Positions 27,480 to 35,865 of a stretch of 64,000 nt of DNA are shown here, in pieces. The translations under genes were made by a program, and so were the position numbers. Below the pieces are notes generated by a model. That model had not been told where the DNA came from. It was given only the letters and a program-made list of their open reading frames with translations, and ran no database searches. Positions within the stretch are counted from its first letter, which is position 1. Every line of letters starts with the position of its first letter. The DNA lies in contig CAVPCT010000001.1 in NCBI GenBank assembly GCA_963702475.1, positions 128,001 to 192,000 on the forward strand. Direction: 5' to 3'. This DNA comes from an uncultured Thermoleophilia bacterium (GTDB lineage Bacteria > Actinomycetota > Thermoleophilia > UBA2241).

Positions 27480-27935
27480 ATGCCCGACGATATCCAGAAG
27501 GAGCTCGAAGACATCGAGGCCATGTTCGTGCAGGTCGCGAAGTCGATGACCGCCGTGGACGAGAAGGTCACCTTCCACGGCCTTTCCCCCGCCACCCTGT
27601 TCTTCTCCGACCGCCCCCAGCGCGTGGTCGGCCATCTCACGGCGAAGCAGTTCGTGGAGGAATGGGGCAAGGGCGAGAACAGCTTCGCCGTCGACCCGCC
27701 CAACGCCGTGATCAGCTTCCTCGAGGAGGGCGACGAGGCCCCGGAGGACGCTATCGTCGTGCTCAAGGACCCGCAGCTCGAGGGCGACGCGATCACCTAC
27801 GGCTACGAGGTGCTCGAGGGCGCCGTCCCGCCGAGCGGCGAGCACGTCTCCGTGTTCATAGACCCGTTCGGGCGGCCGCTCTCGCCGGTGTCGCTCGCCG
27901 GCATGAACCGGCGCGCGCGCCGGCGCGGCGTCTGA
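27480..27935 (+). CDS. Hypothetical acidic protein with Arg-rich C-terminal tail
   Basis: GGAGGGA RBS, strong GC3 codon bias, TLFFSDRPQRVVGH..SFAVDPPNA; ends GRPLSPVSLAGMNRRARRRGV. Confidence 0.85.
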   Translation: MPDDIQKELEDIEAMFVQVAKSMTAVDEKVTFHGLSPATLFFSDRPQRVVGHLTAKQFVEEWGKGENSFAVDPPNAVISFLEEGDEAPEDAIVVLKDPQLEGDAITYGYEVLEGAVPPSGEHVSVFIDPFGRPLSPVSLAGMNRRARRRGV

Positions 27936-27961
27936 CCCGTCCCGCTCTTCCGCGGGCGGTG

Positions 27962-27999
27962 GAGAGAGGGCGGCCCCGGACCTCCGGCCGCCCTCTCTC
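27962..27999 (+). terminator. Intrinsic terminator-like hairpin
   Basis: GAGAGAGGGCGGCC / GGCCGCCCTCTCTC followed by TT. Confidence 0.65.
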
Positions 28000-28163
28000 T
28001 TGGTCTCAAGACATGACCGCCTCTCCCTCGTGCCCTGCCTGTCCGTCAGTACGTTCCCGCGGTCAGGCTTCACGCCGCTCCCGGCAGGCGACGGACCGCC
28101 GGAGGTAGAACCCTACGGCGACGGTCCGAGGGCGGCCGCTGGACCACGGCAGGGAGGTTGGGG

Positions 28164-28997
28164 ATGGGCGAGCTCACGCCGCGCCGCGGCGCGAGCCCCG
28201 GCGACGTGCTCTGGACCGACTGGCTGGAGCGCTCCACGCGCGCCAGACGCCAGAGCGACGTCGACTTCGAGAACGAGCGCCTGGAGTACCGGCGGCTCTT
28301 CAGCGAGGCCTGGGGCACGTTCCTGCTGGTCCTCGTAGCCGCCGGCGGCGGCGTGGTGGGCGCGCTGCCGTACGGCTCGAGCCTCACGTTGGCAACCAAG
28401 GCGCTGGCGCCGGGCATGATGGTGATGGGCATCATCTTCTTCATGGGCACCATCAGCGGCGCCCATCTGAACCCCGCCGTCACGCTCGCCTTCGCCGTGC
28501 GCGGCAACTTCCCCTGGAGACGCGTGCCCGGCTACGTCCTGGCCCAGTTCGCGGGGGCCGTGCTCGCGGCGCTGGTGCTGCAGTGGCTGTTCGGTGGGAT
28601 CATGAACGGCGCCACCGAGCCGGCTCAGGGGGTCAGCCCGCCCGTGGCCGTGCTCACCGAAGCTCTTCTCACGCTCGGCCTGGTGAGCGTCATCCTCGGC
28701 ACGGCCACCGGGGCCCGCAACATCGGAGTGGCCGGCGCCGTCGCGGTCGGCTCCTACATCGGCCTGGTGTCGGTGTGGGGCGCCCCTGTGACCGGGGCGT
28801 CCATGAACCCGATGCGCTCGATCGCGCCGGACCTCGTGGGCGGCGACCTGAGCCACTACTGGATCTACCTCGCCGGGCCGGTCCTCGGCGCCATGGTCGC
28901 CGTGCTCTTCGAGTACATCCTGCGGGGCAAGGCCACGAAGGCGGGCGCGGCGGCTGCGCAGGGTATCCTCAGCGAGCGGGACCCGTCCGGGCTCTGA
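28164..28997 (+). CDS. Aquaporin / MIP family channel
   Basis: SEAWGTF, ISGAHLNPAVT, TGASMNPMRS, WIYLAGP. Confidence 0.92.
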   Translation: MGELTPRRGASPGDVLWTDWLERSTRARRQSDVDFENERLEYRRLFSEAWGTFLLVLVAAGGGVVGALPYGSSLTLATKALAPGMMVMGIIFFMGTISGAHLNPAVTLAFAVRGNFPWRRVPGYVLAQFAGAVLAALVLQWLFGGIMNGATEPAQGVSPPVAVLTEALLTLGLVSVILGTATGARNIGVAGAVAVGSYIGLVSVWGAPVTGASMNPMRSIAPDLVGGDLSHYWIYLAGPVLGAMVAVLFEYILRGKATKAGAAAAQGILSERDPSGL

Positions 28998-29079
28998 AGC
29001 GCCGCCGAGGGACCTGCCGCGAGAGAGGCGCCCGGGCCAACGGCCGGCGCGGCGCCGGCCCAGGCGGCGGACCGGCGCG

Positions 29080-30615
29080 TCAGGCGCCGAGCCAGGCGCG
29101 CAAGGCGGCCTCGACCGGCTCGCGGCCGCGCTCCACGCGTGCGTCGAAGCGCCGCGGCCGGGTGCGCGCCTCGCGCAGCTGGGCGGGTACCGCGGCGTTC
29201 GGGGCGAGCTCCACGACGCGGTCGAGCAGGGCGATGTCGTCCTCCTCACCCGGGATAGGCTCGCCGGCGGCGACGCCGCGCAGGCCGCGGACGACGTCGG
29301 CGGCGAACTTGCTCCAGTGCGCGGTGCTCACGACGAGCACCGGAGCCCCTTCGCCGCCGAGCTCCTCGGCGACCTTCCACGCCACGGCCGTGTGCGGGTC
29401 CATCAGGTAGCCGTGGCGCTCGTGCACCTCGCCGATGGTCCGTAGGCAGGTGTCGTTGTCGACCCATGCGCCGACGAGCATGCTCGTCAGCTGTGCGCGC
29501 GTGGCCACGTCGACCTCGAAGCGACCGCCCTGCTTGAGGTCCTGCATCCAGCCGCGGACGACGGCCGGGTCGCCGCGGAGGTCGTACAGCAGACGCTCGA
29601 GGTTGGACGAGATGAGGATGTCCATGGACGGCGACGGCGTCTTCACCAGGCCTCTGGCCGAGATGTCGTACACCCCGGTATCGATGAAGTCGGTGAGCAC
29701 GTTGTTGGTGTTGCTGGCGCACAGCAGGCGGCCGATAGGCACGCCCATGCGCTGCGCGTAGTAGGCGGCGAGGATGTTGCCGAAGTTGCCGGTGGGTACG
29801 CATACGTCGAGCGGGTCGCCGGGGCGCAGGTAGCCGAAGGCTGCCATGTCGGCGTAGGCGCTCACGTAGTAGGCGATCTGCGGCATGAGCCGGCCCCAGT
29901 TGATGGAGTTGGCCGACGACAGCGCCAGGCCGTGTCTCGCGGCCAGCTCCTCGGCGAAGGCGCCGTCGTCGAACACGGCCTTCACCGAGCTCTGGCAGTC
30001 GTCGAAGTCCCCGCCCAGGCGGAAGACCGACAGATTGTCACCCGGCTGGGTGACCATCTGCAGCTCCTGGAGCGCGCTCACGCCGGCGTCGGGGTAGAAG
30101 ACCACGATCCTCGTGTGAGCCCTGTCGGCGAAGCCGTTCAGGGCGGCGACGCCGGTGTCGCCGCTCGTCGCCACGAGGATCAGGAAGTCGAGCGTCTTCG
30201 GGTCGTGGGCGCGTGCCTGTCCAAGCGCCTGGGTGAAGAACAGCGGCATGCACTGCAGCGCCATGTCCTTGAACGCCAGGGTGGGGCCGTGCCACAGCTC
30301 GAGCACGAAGCGCCCCGGGGTGACTCTGCGCACCGGCGCCACGTGCGGGTCGTCGAAGTTGGCGCCGTAGGCGGACGCGGCGATACGCAGCGTCTCGGCG
30401 TGGTCCACGTCGAGGCCGAAGGCCTGATAGACCCAGGCGGCCCGCTCGAAGTAGGGCAGACCGGCCAGCCTGAGCAGGTCGTCCACCGTGACCAGGGGCA
30501 GCTCCTCGGGCACGAAGAGCCCGCCGCCGGGCGCGATGCCCTCGAGGATGGCCTCAGTGAAGAGCCGCGGTCGGTCGCACAGCCCGCGCGTGTCCTGGTA
30601 GGCGATGACGGTCAT
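29080..30615 (-). CDS. thrC: Threonine synthase
   Basis: YQDTRG, ELWHGPTLAFKDMAL (PLP Lys), ATSGDTG, SANSINWGRL, VPTGNFGNI, SPSMDILISSNLERLL, DPHTAVA. Confidence 0.95.
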   Translation of the reverse strand: MTVIAYQDTRGLCDRPRLFTEAILEGIAPGGGLFVPEELPLVTVDDLLRLAGLPYFERAAWVYQAFGLDVDHAETLRIAASAYGANFDDPHVAPVRRVTPGRFVLELWHGPTLAFKDMALQCMPLFFTQALGQARAHDPKTLDFLILVATSGDTGVAALNGFADRAHTRIVVFYPDAGVSALQELQMVTQPGDNLSVFRLGGDFDDCQSSVKAVFDDGAFAEELAARHGLALSSANSINWGRLMPQIAYYVSAYADMAAFGYLRPGDPLDVCVPTGNFGNILAAYYAQRMGVPIGRLLCASNTNNVLTDFIDTGVYDISARGLVKTPSPSMDILISSNLERLLYDLRGDPAVVRGWMQDLKQGGRFEVDVATRAQLTSMLVGAWVDNDTCLRTIGEVHERHGYLMDPHTAVAWKVAEELGGEGAPVLVVSTAHWSKFAADVVRGLRGVAAGEPIPGEEDDIALLDRVVELAPNAAVPAQLREARTRPRRFDARVERGREPVEAALRAWLGA

Positions 30616-30703
30616 GGCCCGGGGATTGTATCCCATCCCGGTCGCCCGGCTCCTCCGGCGGGCGCGGCGCCTCGCCGCCGGGATCCGCTCCTGCGACTCG
30701 GGG

Positions 30704-30737
30704 TTGACACTCGCTCACGATGCGTTACGATATATCG
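30704..30737 (+). promoter_or_regulatory. Promoter with overlapping palindrome (probable PadR autoregulatory site)
   Basis: TTGACA 30704-30709, 16 nt, TACGAT 30726-30731; palindrome CGATATATCG 30728-30737. Confidence 0.7.
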
Positions 30738-30762
30738 CGTTACAGCGATGCAAGGAGAATGC

Positions 30763-31308
30763 ATGATGACGTTCTGGACACAGGTGGCGGAGCGCGGTGC
30801 GGACCAGCGCTGCAAGTTCGGCCACGGACCTCACGGGCACGAGCGCGGCCCGTGGTCACGCGCCCGTCGCGGCCACGTGCGCGCCGCCATCCTCTCGGTG
30901 CTGGGCGACGGGTCGATGCACGGCTACGAGATCATGCAGCGCCTCGAAGAGCGCAGCGGCGGCATGTGGCGGCCCAGCCCCGGCTCGGTCTACCCGACGC
31001 TGCAGATGCTCGAGGACGAGGGTCTCGTCAAGGGAGTGGAGGCCGACGGCAAGCGCGTCTACGAGCTGACCGAGGCCGGCAAGATGGCCGCCGCCGAGAG
31101 CAGGGAGCGGCACGGCACCCCGTGGGAGCAGGGCGAGGACCGGGAGGCGTCGCCGCGGTTCAGGCTGCGGCGCTCGGTGTTCCAGCTCGGCGCCGCCGTG
31201 AGGCAGGTCGGCACCGCCGGCACCGCTGCCCAGGTCGAGCAGACCCTCGAGATCCTGACCGAAGCGCGCAAGCGCATCTACGCGATGCTCGCCGAGGGCG
31301 AGGAGTGA
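30763..31308 (+). CDS. PadR family transcriptional regulator
   Basis: RARRGHVRAAIL..MHGYEIM..WRPSPGSVYPTLQMLEDEGL..KRVYELTEAG; AAGGAG RBS. Confidence 0.92.
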   Translation: MMTFWTQVAERGADQRCKFGHGPHGHERGPWSRARRGHVRAAILSVLGDGSMHGYEIMQRLEERSGGMWRPSPGSVYPTLQMLEDEGLVKGVEADGKRVYELTEAGKMAAAESRERHGTPWEQGEDREASPRFRLRRSVFQLGAAVRQVGTAGTAAQVEQTLEILTEARKRIYAMLAEGEE

Positions 31309-31344
31309 GGGACCGGCCGGGACCACGGTCCCGGCCGTGCGCTC

Positions 31345-33423
31345 TCAGGCCGGCCGGCGCCCGGGAGCTTGGGGGGCCGGCAGGACGCGGCGCCGCCCGT
31401 TGCGCCTGGACACGGCGCCGCGCAGGTCGGCGGCGTGGCGCCAGCCGGGCGCCGGAGAGGGGCGCCCGCGCCGCGCGATGAGTTCCACGACGCGGGGGTC
31501 GGGCGTCCAGATGCAGGCGCCGCCGGGATCCGGCGTCTCGTCAGGGGCGATCGCCCGGGTGCCGGCTTGGGCGACGGCGCCGGCGGGCGCCGTCGTGGAT
31601 CCGGCGGTCTCGGGCAGCGCGTGCACGCGCTGCGGGTCGAGGCCGAGGGCCACGAGGCGGCGCGCGTCGCTCCGCGTCTGCGTGAACACCTCGTCGAGCA
31701 TCCCCGCGAACCAGCGCACGTACCGCCACGCCTCGCGCGATACCCTCGAACCCGACGAGAGCCGCTCCACCGCCGTAAGCACGTCGCTGTGGACGGTGCC
31801 GGTCACCGGCAGGTGCAGCACCTTGGCCGCCAGCAGCCCGGCCAGCCCCATGCCGCCGGCGCTGTCCACGTGGATGGCGGTGCAGTCCCGCTCGTAGAGA
31901 TGGTCGAGCACATCGAGAAGGGGCGGCGCCACGAGCGTTTGTCCGGGCTGCAGGCGCGAGGGCCATGCCGCGCCGGCCGCGAAGTCCATGCCTCCGGGGT
32001 AGGCGCCGGCCGGGTGCCGTGACGCCGTGAGGACCTCGAGGGAGGCGCCGAGCCGCCCGGCCTCCGCCGTGAGCCGCCGCACGACGCCCGTGCACCCGGC
32101 ACCGGCTGCCGGGGCGTCGGTGAACAGCGCGATCCGTGGTCCGGCGGTGGGAGGTCCGAGGAAGTGCTCCCTTATGGCCTCCTGGTCCGCACGGTCACGC
32201 GTCTGGAAGCCGTAGGCGATGAAGTAGCCCGTCTCCAGGAAGTGGACCATGGCGACGGCGAACAGCGAGTCGCGGAACCGCCACTCGGGCCGTCGCTTCG
32301 CCGGGTCGAGCAGAGGCTCCAGGTGGAGGTTGAGGACGTCGTCCGCGAGCGTGGACGTCACAGTGAAGATGCGTCTGTTGAACTCGCGGCTGCCGACCGT
32401 GTGGATGCCGCCCGGGGCCCGCGCCAGCGCCCCGATCTCCCTCTCGAGCAGATCCTCCCAGGCCGGTCCCCGGCCGTCGTCGGGGCGGTACAGGCCGGGG
32501 GCCACGCTCCTCACGCCGCGCACGGTCTTGTCGAGGACGGGCACGTCGCGGCCGATCCTCCCGAAGCCCTGCCTGATCCAGCCGAGGGCACGCTGCCGCG
32601 GCTGGTCGGTGTCCATGCGAAGCATCTCGCGCAGACGCCAGAACGACGTGGTGTAGATGTTGTGGGCGAGCAGGCGAGCGTCGCCGTCCTCGCCCTCAGC
32701 TTCGCAGGCGCCGCGCGCCACGGCGTCCAGGAAACCCTGCGGGGTGCCGTCGCCGCCGGCCACGGTGTACGCGCCGGCGGTGAACAGCCCGCTGTGGTCG
32801 TCGGAGCCGCCCGTGAGCGCCTTGCGCCACGGCGTGTCGCCGTACGGCTCGATGCTCTGCCGCTCGGCCATGTCCCAGATGGCCCCGGGCGTGAGCTGCG
32901 CGACGATGTCGCGCAGCAACCCGTTGCAGCGGACCACGCGTGCCCCGTTGCGCCCTTCCAGCACGTTGAAGAGCAGAAGCATCTTCTCGACGGTGTCGGG
33001 GGTGAGCCTGCCGGTCATGTCGAAGAGCGGGTGGGCGAGGTAGTGGGGCACACCGGCTCCGCGGAGCAGCCCGACCAGGTCGTAGATGGACGACTTGACG
33101 CTCATGGCCTCCGCGAACGTCGGCTCGTCGATGCCCAGGGCCACCACGTGCACGCGGCTGCCGTCCTCGGGGAACCAGGTGTCGAGCTCGCAGCTCAGGA
33201 ACGTGCCCGGCAGGTGCGCGATGGCCAGCGCCCCGTCGAGCGTGTTGTGGTCGGTGACCGTGACGAAGTCCATGCCCCGCGCGCGCGCCGACGCATATAC
33301 GTCCTCGGGGGCGGTGAAGGACTCTCTGCTGCGGAAGAGCCGGATGGCTTTGGCCGTGGGGCTGTCCGAGCACGCCGAGTGCACGTGGAGGTCGGCCCTG
33401 AAGGTGTTCGTTGCACCGTCCAC
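31345..33423 (-). CDS. PHP-domain protein fused to the N-terminal half of a GT4-like glycosyltransferase
   Basis: DLHVHS, VTDHN, YLAHP, EGRNG, GGSDDH; later RIALFTD..IHVDSAGGMGLAGLLAAKVLHLPVTGTVHSD; leaderless TAGAGT-N6-GTG. Confidence 0.8.
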   Translation of the reverse strand: MDGATNTFRADLHVHSACSDSPTAKAIRLFRSRESFTAPEDVYASARARGMDFVTVTDHNTLDGALAIAHLPGTFLSCELDTWFPEDGSRVHVVALGIDEPTFAEAMSVKSSIYDLVGLLRGAGVPHYLAHPLFDMTGRLTPDTVEKMLLLFNVLEGRNGARVVRCNGLLRDIVAQLTPGAIWDMAERQSIEPYGDTPWRKALTGGSDDHSGLFTAGAYTVAGGDGTPQGFLDAVARGACEAEGEDGDARLLAHNIYTTSFWRLREMLRMDTDQPRQRALGWIRQGFGRIGRDVPVLDKTVRGVRSVAPGLYRPDDGRGPAWEDLLEREIGALARAPGGIHTVGSREFNRRIFTVTSTLADDVLNLHLEPLLDPAKRRPEWRFRDSLFAVAMVHFLETGYFIAYGFQTRDRADQEAIREHFLGPPTAGPRIALFTDAPAAGAGCTGVVRRLTAEAGRLGASLEVLTASRHPAGAYPGGMDFAAGAAWPSRLQPGQTLVAPPLLDVLDHLYERDCTAIHVDSAGGMGLAGLLAAKVLHLPVTGTVHSDVLTAVERLSSGSRVSREAWRYVRWFAGMLDEVFTQTRSDARRLVALGLDPQRVHALPETAGSTTAPAGAVAQAGTRAIAPDETPDPGGACIWTPDPRVVELIARRGRPSPAPGWRHAADLRGAVSRRNGRRRVLPAPQAPGRRPA

Positions 33424-33526
33424 GCGTCCACTCTACCGGATGGCCCGCGGCCGCGTTCGCGCGGCCCTGGCGCGGTCATGCGCACCGCGTGTTGTGCGGC
33501 CGGGGGCGGCCCGGTACCATCCGGGC

Positions 33527-34057
33527 ATGACCGCGCTCTCGTACGTCGTGCTCACCGCCGTCGGCCCGGACCACCCCGGGCTGGTGGACGCCGTCACACG
33601 CTTCGTGCGCGACAGCGGCGGCAACCTCGAGGACAGCCGCATGGTCAACCTGCACGGCCAGTTCGCGATGATGCTGCTGGTGGCGGGTACGACCGCGACG
33701 GTGGAGAAGCTCCAGGCCGGCCTGCCCGGGCTGCAGGACGATGCCGGCGTTCACGCCCAGCTGCAGCCGGCGGCCGCGGCGCCGCAGGCGGCCGCTGCCC
33801 TGCCGCTGCGCATCACCGCCTGGGCCATGGACCACCCCGGGCTCATGCAGTCGCTGTCGCATCTGCTGGCGGGTCTCGACGTCAACATCGAGAGCGCCGA
33901 GACGTCGCTGAGCTCGGCGCCGCACACCGGTACCCCGCTCTTCACCATGCAACTGCTGGTGTCGGTGCCGGCCACCACGCAGGTCTCCCGGGTCCGTGAG
34001 GAGCTCGGAAGGCTCTGCGACGAGCTCAACATCGACTGGAGTCTGGCGCCGCTCTGA
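33527..34057 (+). CDS. Tandem ACT-domain protein (GcvR-like)
   Basis: VLTAVGPDHPGLV..GGNLEDSRM; second ACT MDHPGLM..VNI; leaderless TACCAT-N6-ATG. Confidence 0.85.
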   Translation: MTALSYVVLTAVGPDHPGLVDAVTRFVRDSGGNLEDSRMVNLHGQFAMMLLVAGTTATVEKLQAGLPGLQDDAGVHAQLQPAAAAPQAAAALPLRITAWAMDHPGLMQSLSHLLAGLDVNIESAETSLSSAPHTGTPLFTMQLLVSVPATTQVSRVREELGRLCDELNIDWSLAPL

Positions 34058-34100
34058 GGCCGGCCTGCGGGCTTCCGTCACGGGGCGCATACGCCTGCGC

Positions 34101-35825
34101 TCACGGCTCTGCGAGCAGCCGCGCGACCTCGTCCGTGGCGAACGCCGGCCAAGGCACCTCCGTGCCGTCCCGCCGGGCCGAGACGTCGTCGCCCGGCGCT
34201 CCGACCTCTCCGACGATCGTCGCCGGCACGCCCGCGGCCGTGAGGGCTTCGATGAGGGCCGCGGTCTGCCCGGGGTCGCAGCACACCAGCAGGCTTCCTG
34301 AGGCGATCAGCCCGAGCGGGTCGGCCCCGAGCAGGGTGCACACGCGTGCGGTCTGGGGCAGCACGGGGACGACGTCGCGGTCCATGCGGATGCCGTGCCC
34401 TCCGGCGTGGGCGACCTCGCGCACAGCCGTGGCCAGGCCACCTTCGGTGACGTCGTGCATGGCGTGCACGCCGTCGAAGCCTGCGGCCACGCGCGCCTCG
34501 GGGACGATGCTCATGAGAGGCAGGAGGGCCGCGCAGTCGGCCAGCTCGGCCTCGGACATGCCCAGATCGTGCAGCCTGCCGGCCGCCTCGGTGGCGAGGA
34601 TGGCAGTGCCCTCGACCGCCAGCGCCTTGGTGAGGACCACCCGGTCGCCGGGGCGGATGCTGCGCTTGTCGCGGAGTCGCTCGCGCGCGACGGTGCCGAG
34701 CGCGGTCACCGACACGACGGGCCGGGTGACGGCGTCGGTGACCTCGGTGTGGCCGCCGACGACCGGGGCCCCGACGGCGGCGGCCGAGGCGGCGACGTCG
34801 GCGAGCAGGTGCAGCGCCTGCGACGCGGTGGTGCCCGGTGGCAGCAGGACGGTGGTCAGCAGCCAGCGCGGTTCGGCGCCCGCGGTGGCCACGTCGTTGG
34901 CGTTGACGAGGGCCGCGAAGTGGCCCAGGTGCTCGCCGGTGAGCGTGATGGGGTCGCCATGTGCGACGAGGGTGGAGTGCTCCGCGATGTCCAGGGCGAC
35001 GACGTCCTCGCCGACCCCGGCCGGCACGAGGACGGCAGGGTCTGCCGGCCCCTGCACGGACTCGAGGTGCCCGGCCAGCAGGTCGTTGGGGAGCTTGCCG
35101 GGTGAGAGAGGCAGGCCGAGCCGTACCACCTCGTCGAGTCCGGCGAGGCCGTGCACGACGAAGTCGGGGGAGCCGTCGTGCCGGTCGGCGCGACCCGCTT
35201 CGTCCACACCGGCCGTCGCGCCGGTGGTGGCGGCGTGCGCCAGTGCCGTAGCCCCCGTCTCTCCGGCCGCGTCGGCGTCGTCGCCGTTCGTGAGGTACGC
35301 CGTCACGGCCCCGGCCGCCTGCCCGGCGAGCACGTCCAGCACGTAATCGCCGACCACGAGCAGCTCTTCCGGCGCGACGCCCATGGCCTCGGCGGCGTGC
35401 AGCACGCCGTCGGGCGCCGGCTTGGGCGCGGGCTCGTCGTCGCGCGTGACGACGACGTCGAAAGCGGAGGCGTCAAGTCGTGCGAACCGCGCCAGTGCGG
35501 CGTCCACAGCGGCCCTGCCGTTGCGTGTGAGCACCCCGATCCTGAGGCCGGCGCCGCGCAGGCGGAGAACAAGCTCCTCGGCGCCGGCGTTGGGTTCGGA
35601 TCCGGCGGCGCCGGCCAGCTCGAACCGCTCGAGCGACGCGAGCGCTTCCCGGCGCTGAGGTCCTTCGGCCAGCGCCTCGATCCACTCGAGGACGAAGCGG
35701 TCCGGCGGGCACCCGATCTCACGCTTGAAGGCGGCGAAGTCGAGCGCGCCGGGGCGAGTGAGGGTGCCGTCGAAGTCGAACAACACGGCCCGCAGGCGGA
35801 AGGGTCTGGGGGTGTGGGCGGTCAC
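34101..35825 (-). CDS. HAD phosphatase - AIR synthase/HypE-like fusion protein
   Basis: FDFDGTL, LTRN, KPAP, VGDYVLD; then GKLP..GVGED..DPIT..NANDVATAGA..GGHTEVT..MHDVTEGGL. Confidence 0.85.
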   Translation of the reverse strand: MTAHTPRPFRLRAVLFDFDGTLTRPGALDFAAFKREIGCPPDRFVLEWIEALAEGPQRREALASLERFELAGAAGSEPNAGAEELVLRLRGAGLRIGVLTRNGRAAVDAALARFARLDASAFDVVVTRDDEPAPKPAPDGVLHAAEAMGVAPEELLVVGDYVLDVLAGQAAGAVTAYLTNGDDADAAGETGATALAHAATTGATAGVDEAGRADRHDGSPDFVVHGLAGLDEVVRLGLPLSPGKLPNDLLAGHLESVQGPADPAVLVPAGVGEDVVALDIAEHSTLVAHGDPITLTGEHLGHFAALVNANDVATAGAEPRWLLTTVLLPPGTTASQALHLLADVAASAAAVGAPVVGGHTEVTDAVTRPVVSVTALGTVARERLRDKRSIRPGDRVVLTKALAVEGTAILATEAAGRLHDLGMSEAELADCAALLPLMSIVPEARVAAGFDGVHAMHDVTEGGLATAVREVAHAGGHGIRMDRDVVPVLPQTARVCTLLGADPLGLIASGSLLVCCDPGQTAALIEALTAAGVPATIVGEVGAPGDDVSARRDGTEVPWPAFATDEVARLLAEP

Positions 35826-35865
35826 CAGGGTCCGCGGGTCGCGTGCGCCTCCCGGCCGCCGGCGC

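Noticed and set aside
25538-28108. 856-aa Arg/Gly/Pro-rich plus-strand ORF and many similar alternative-frame ORFs
   Set aside because: Out-of-frame overlays on real genes; composition reflects GC-rich codon shifting.
30723-30743. GCGTTAC repeats near padR as further copies of the island operator
   Set aside because: They are direct repeats around CGATATATCG, not the GTTACC-N4-GGTAAC inverted arrangement.
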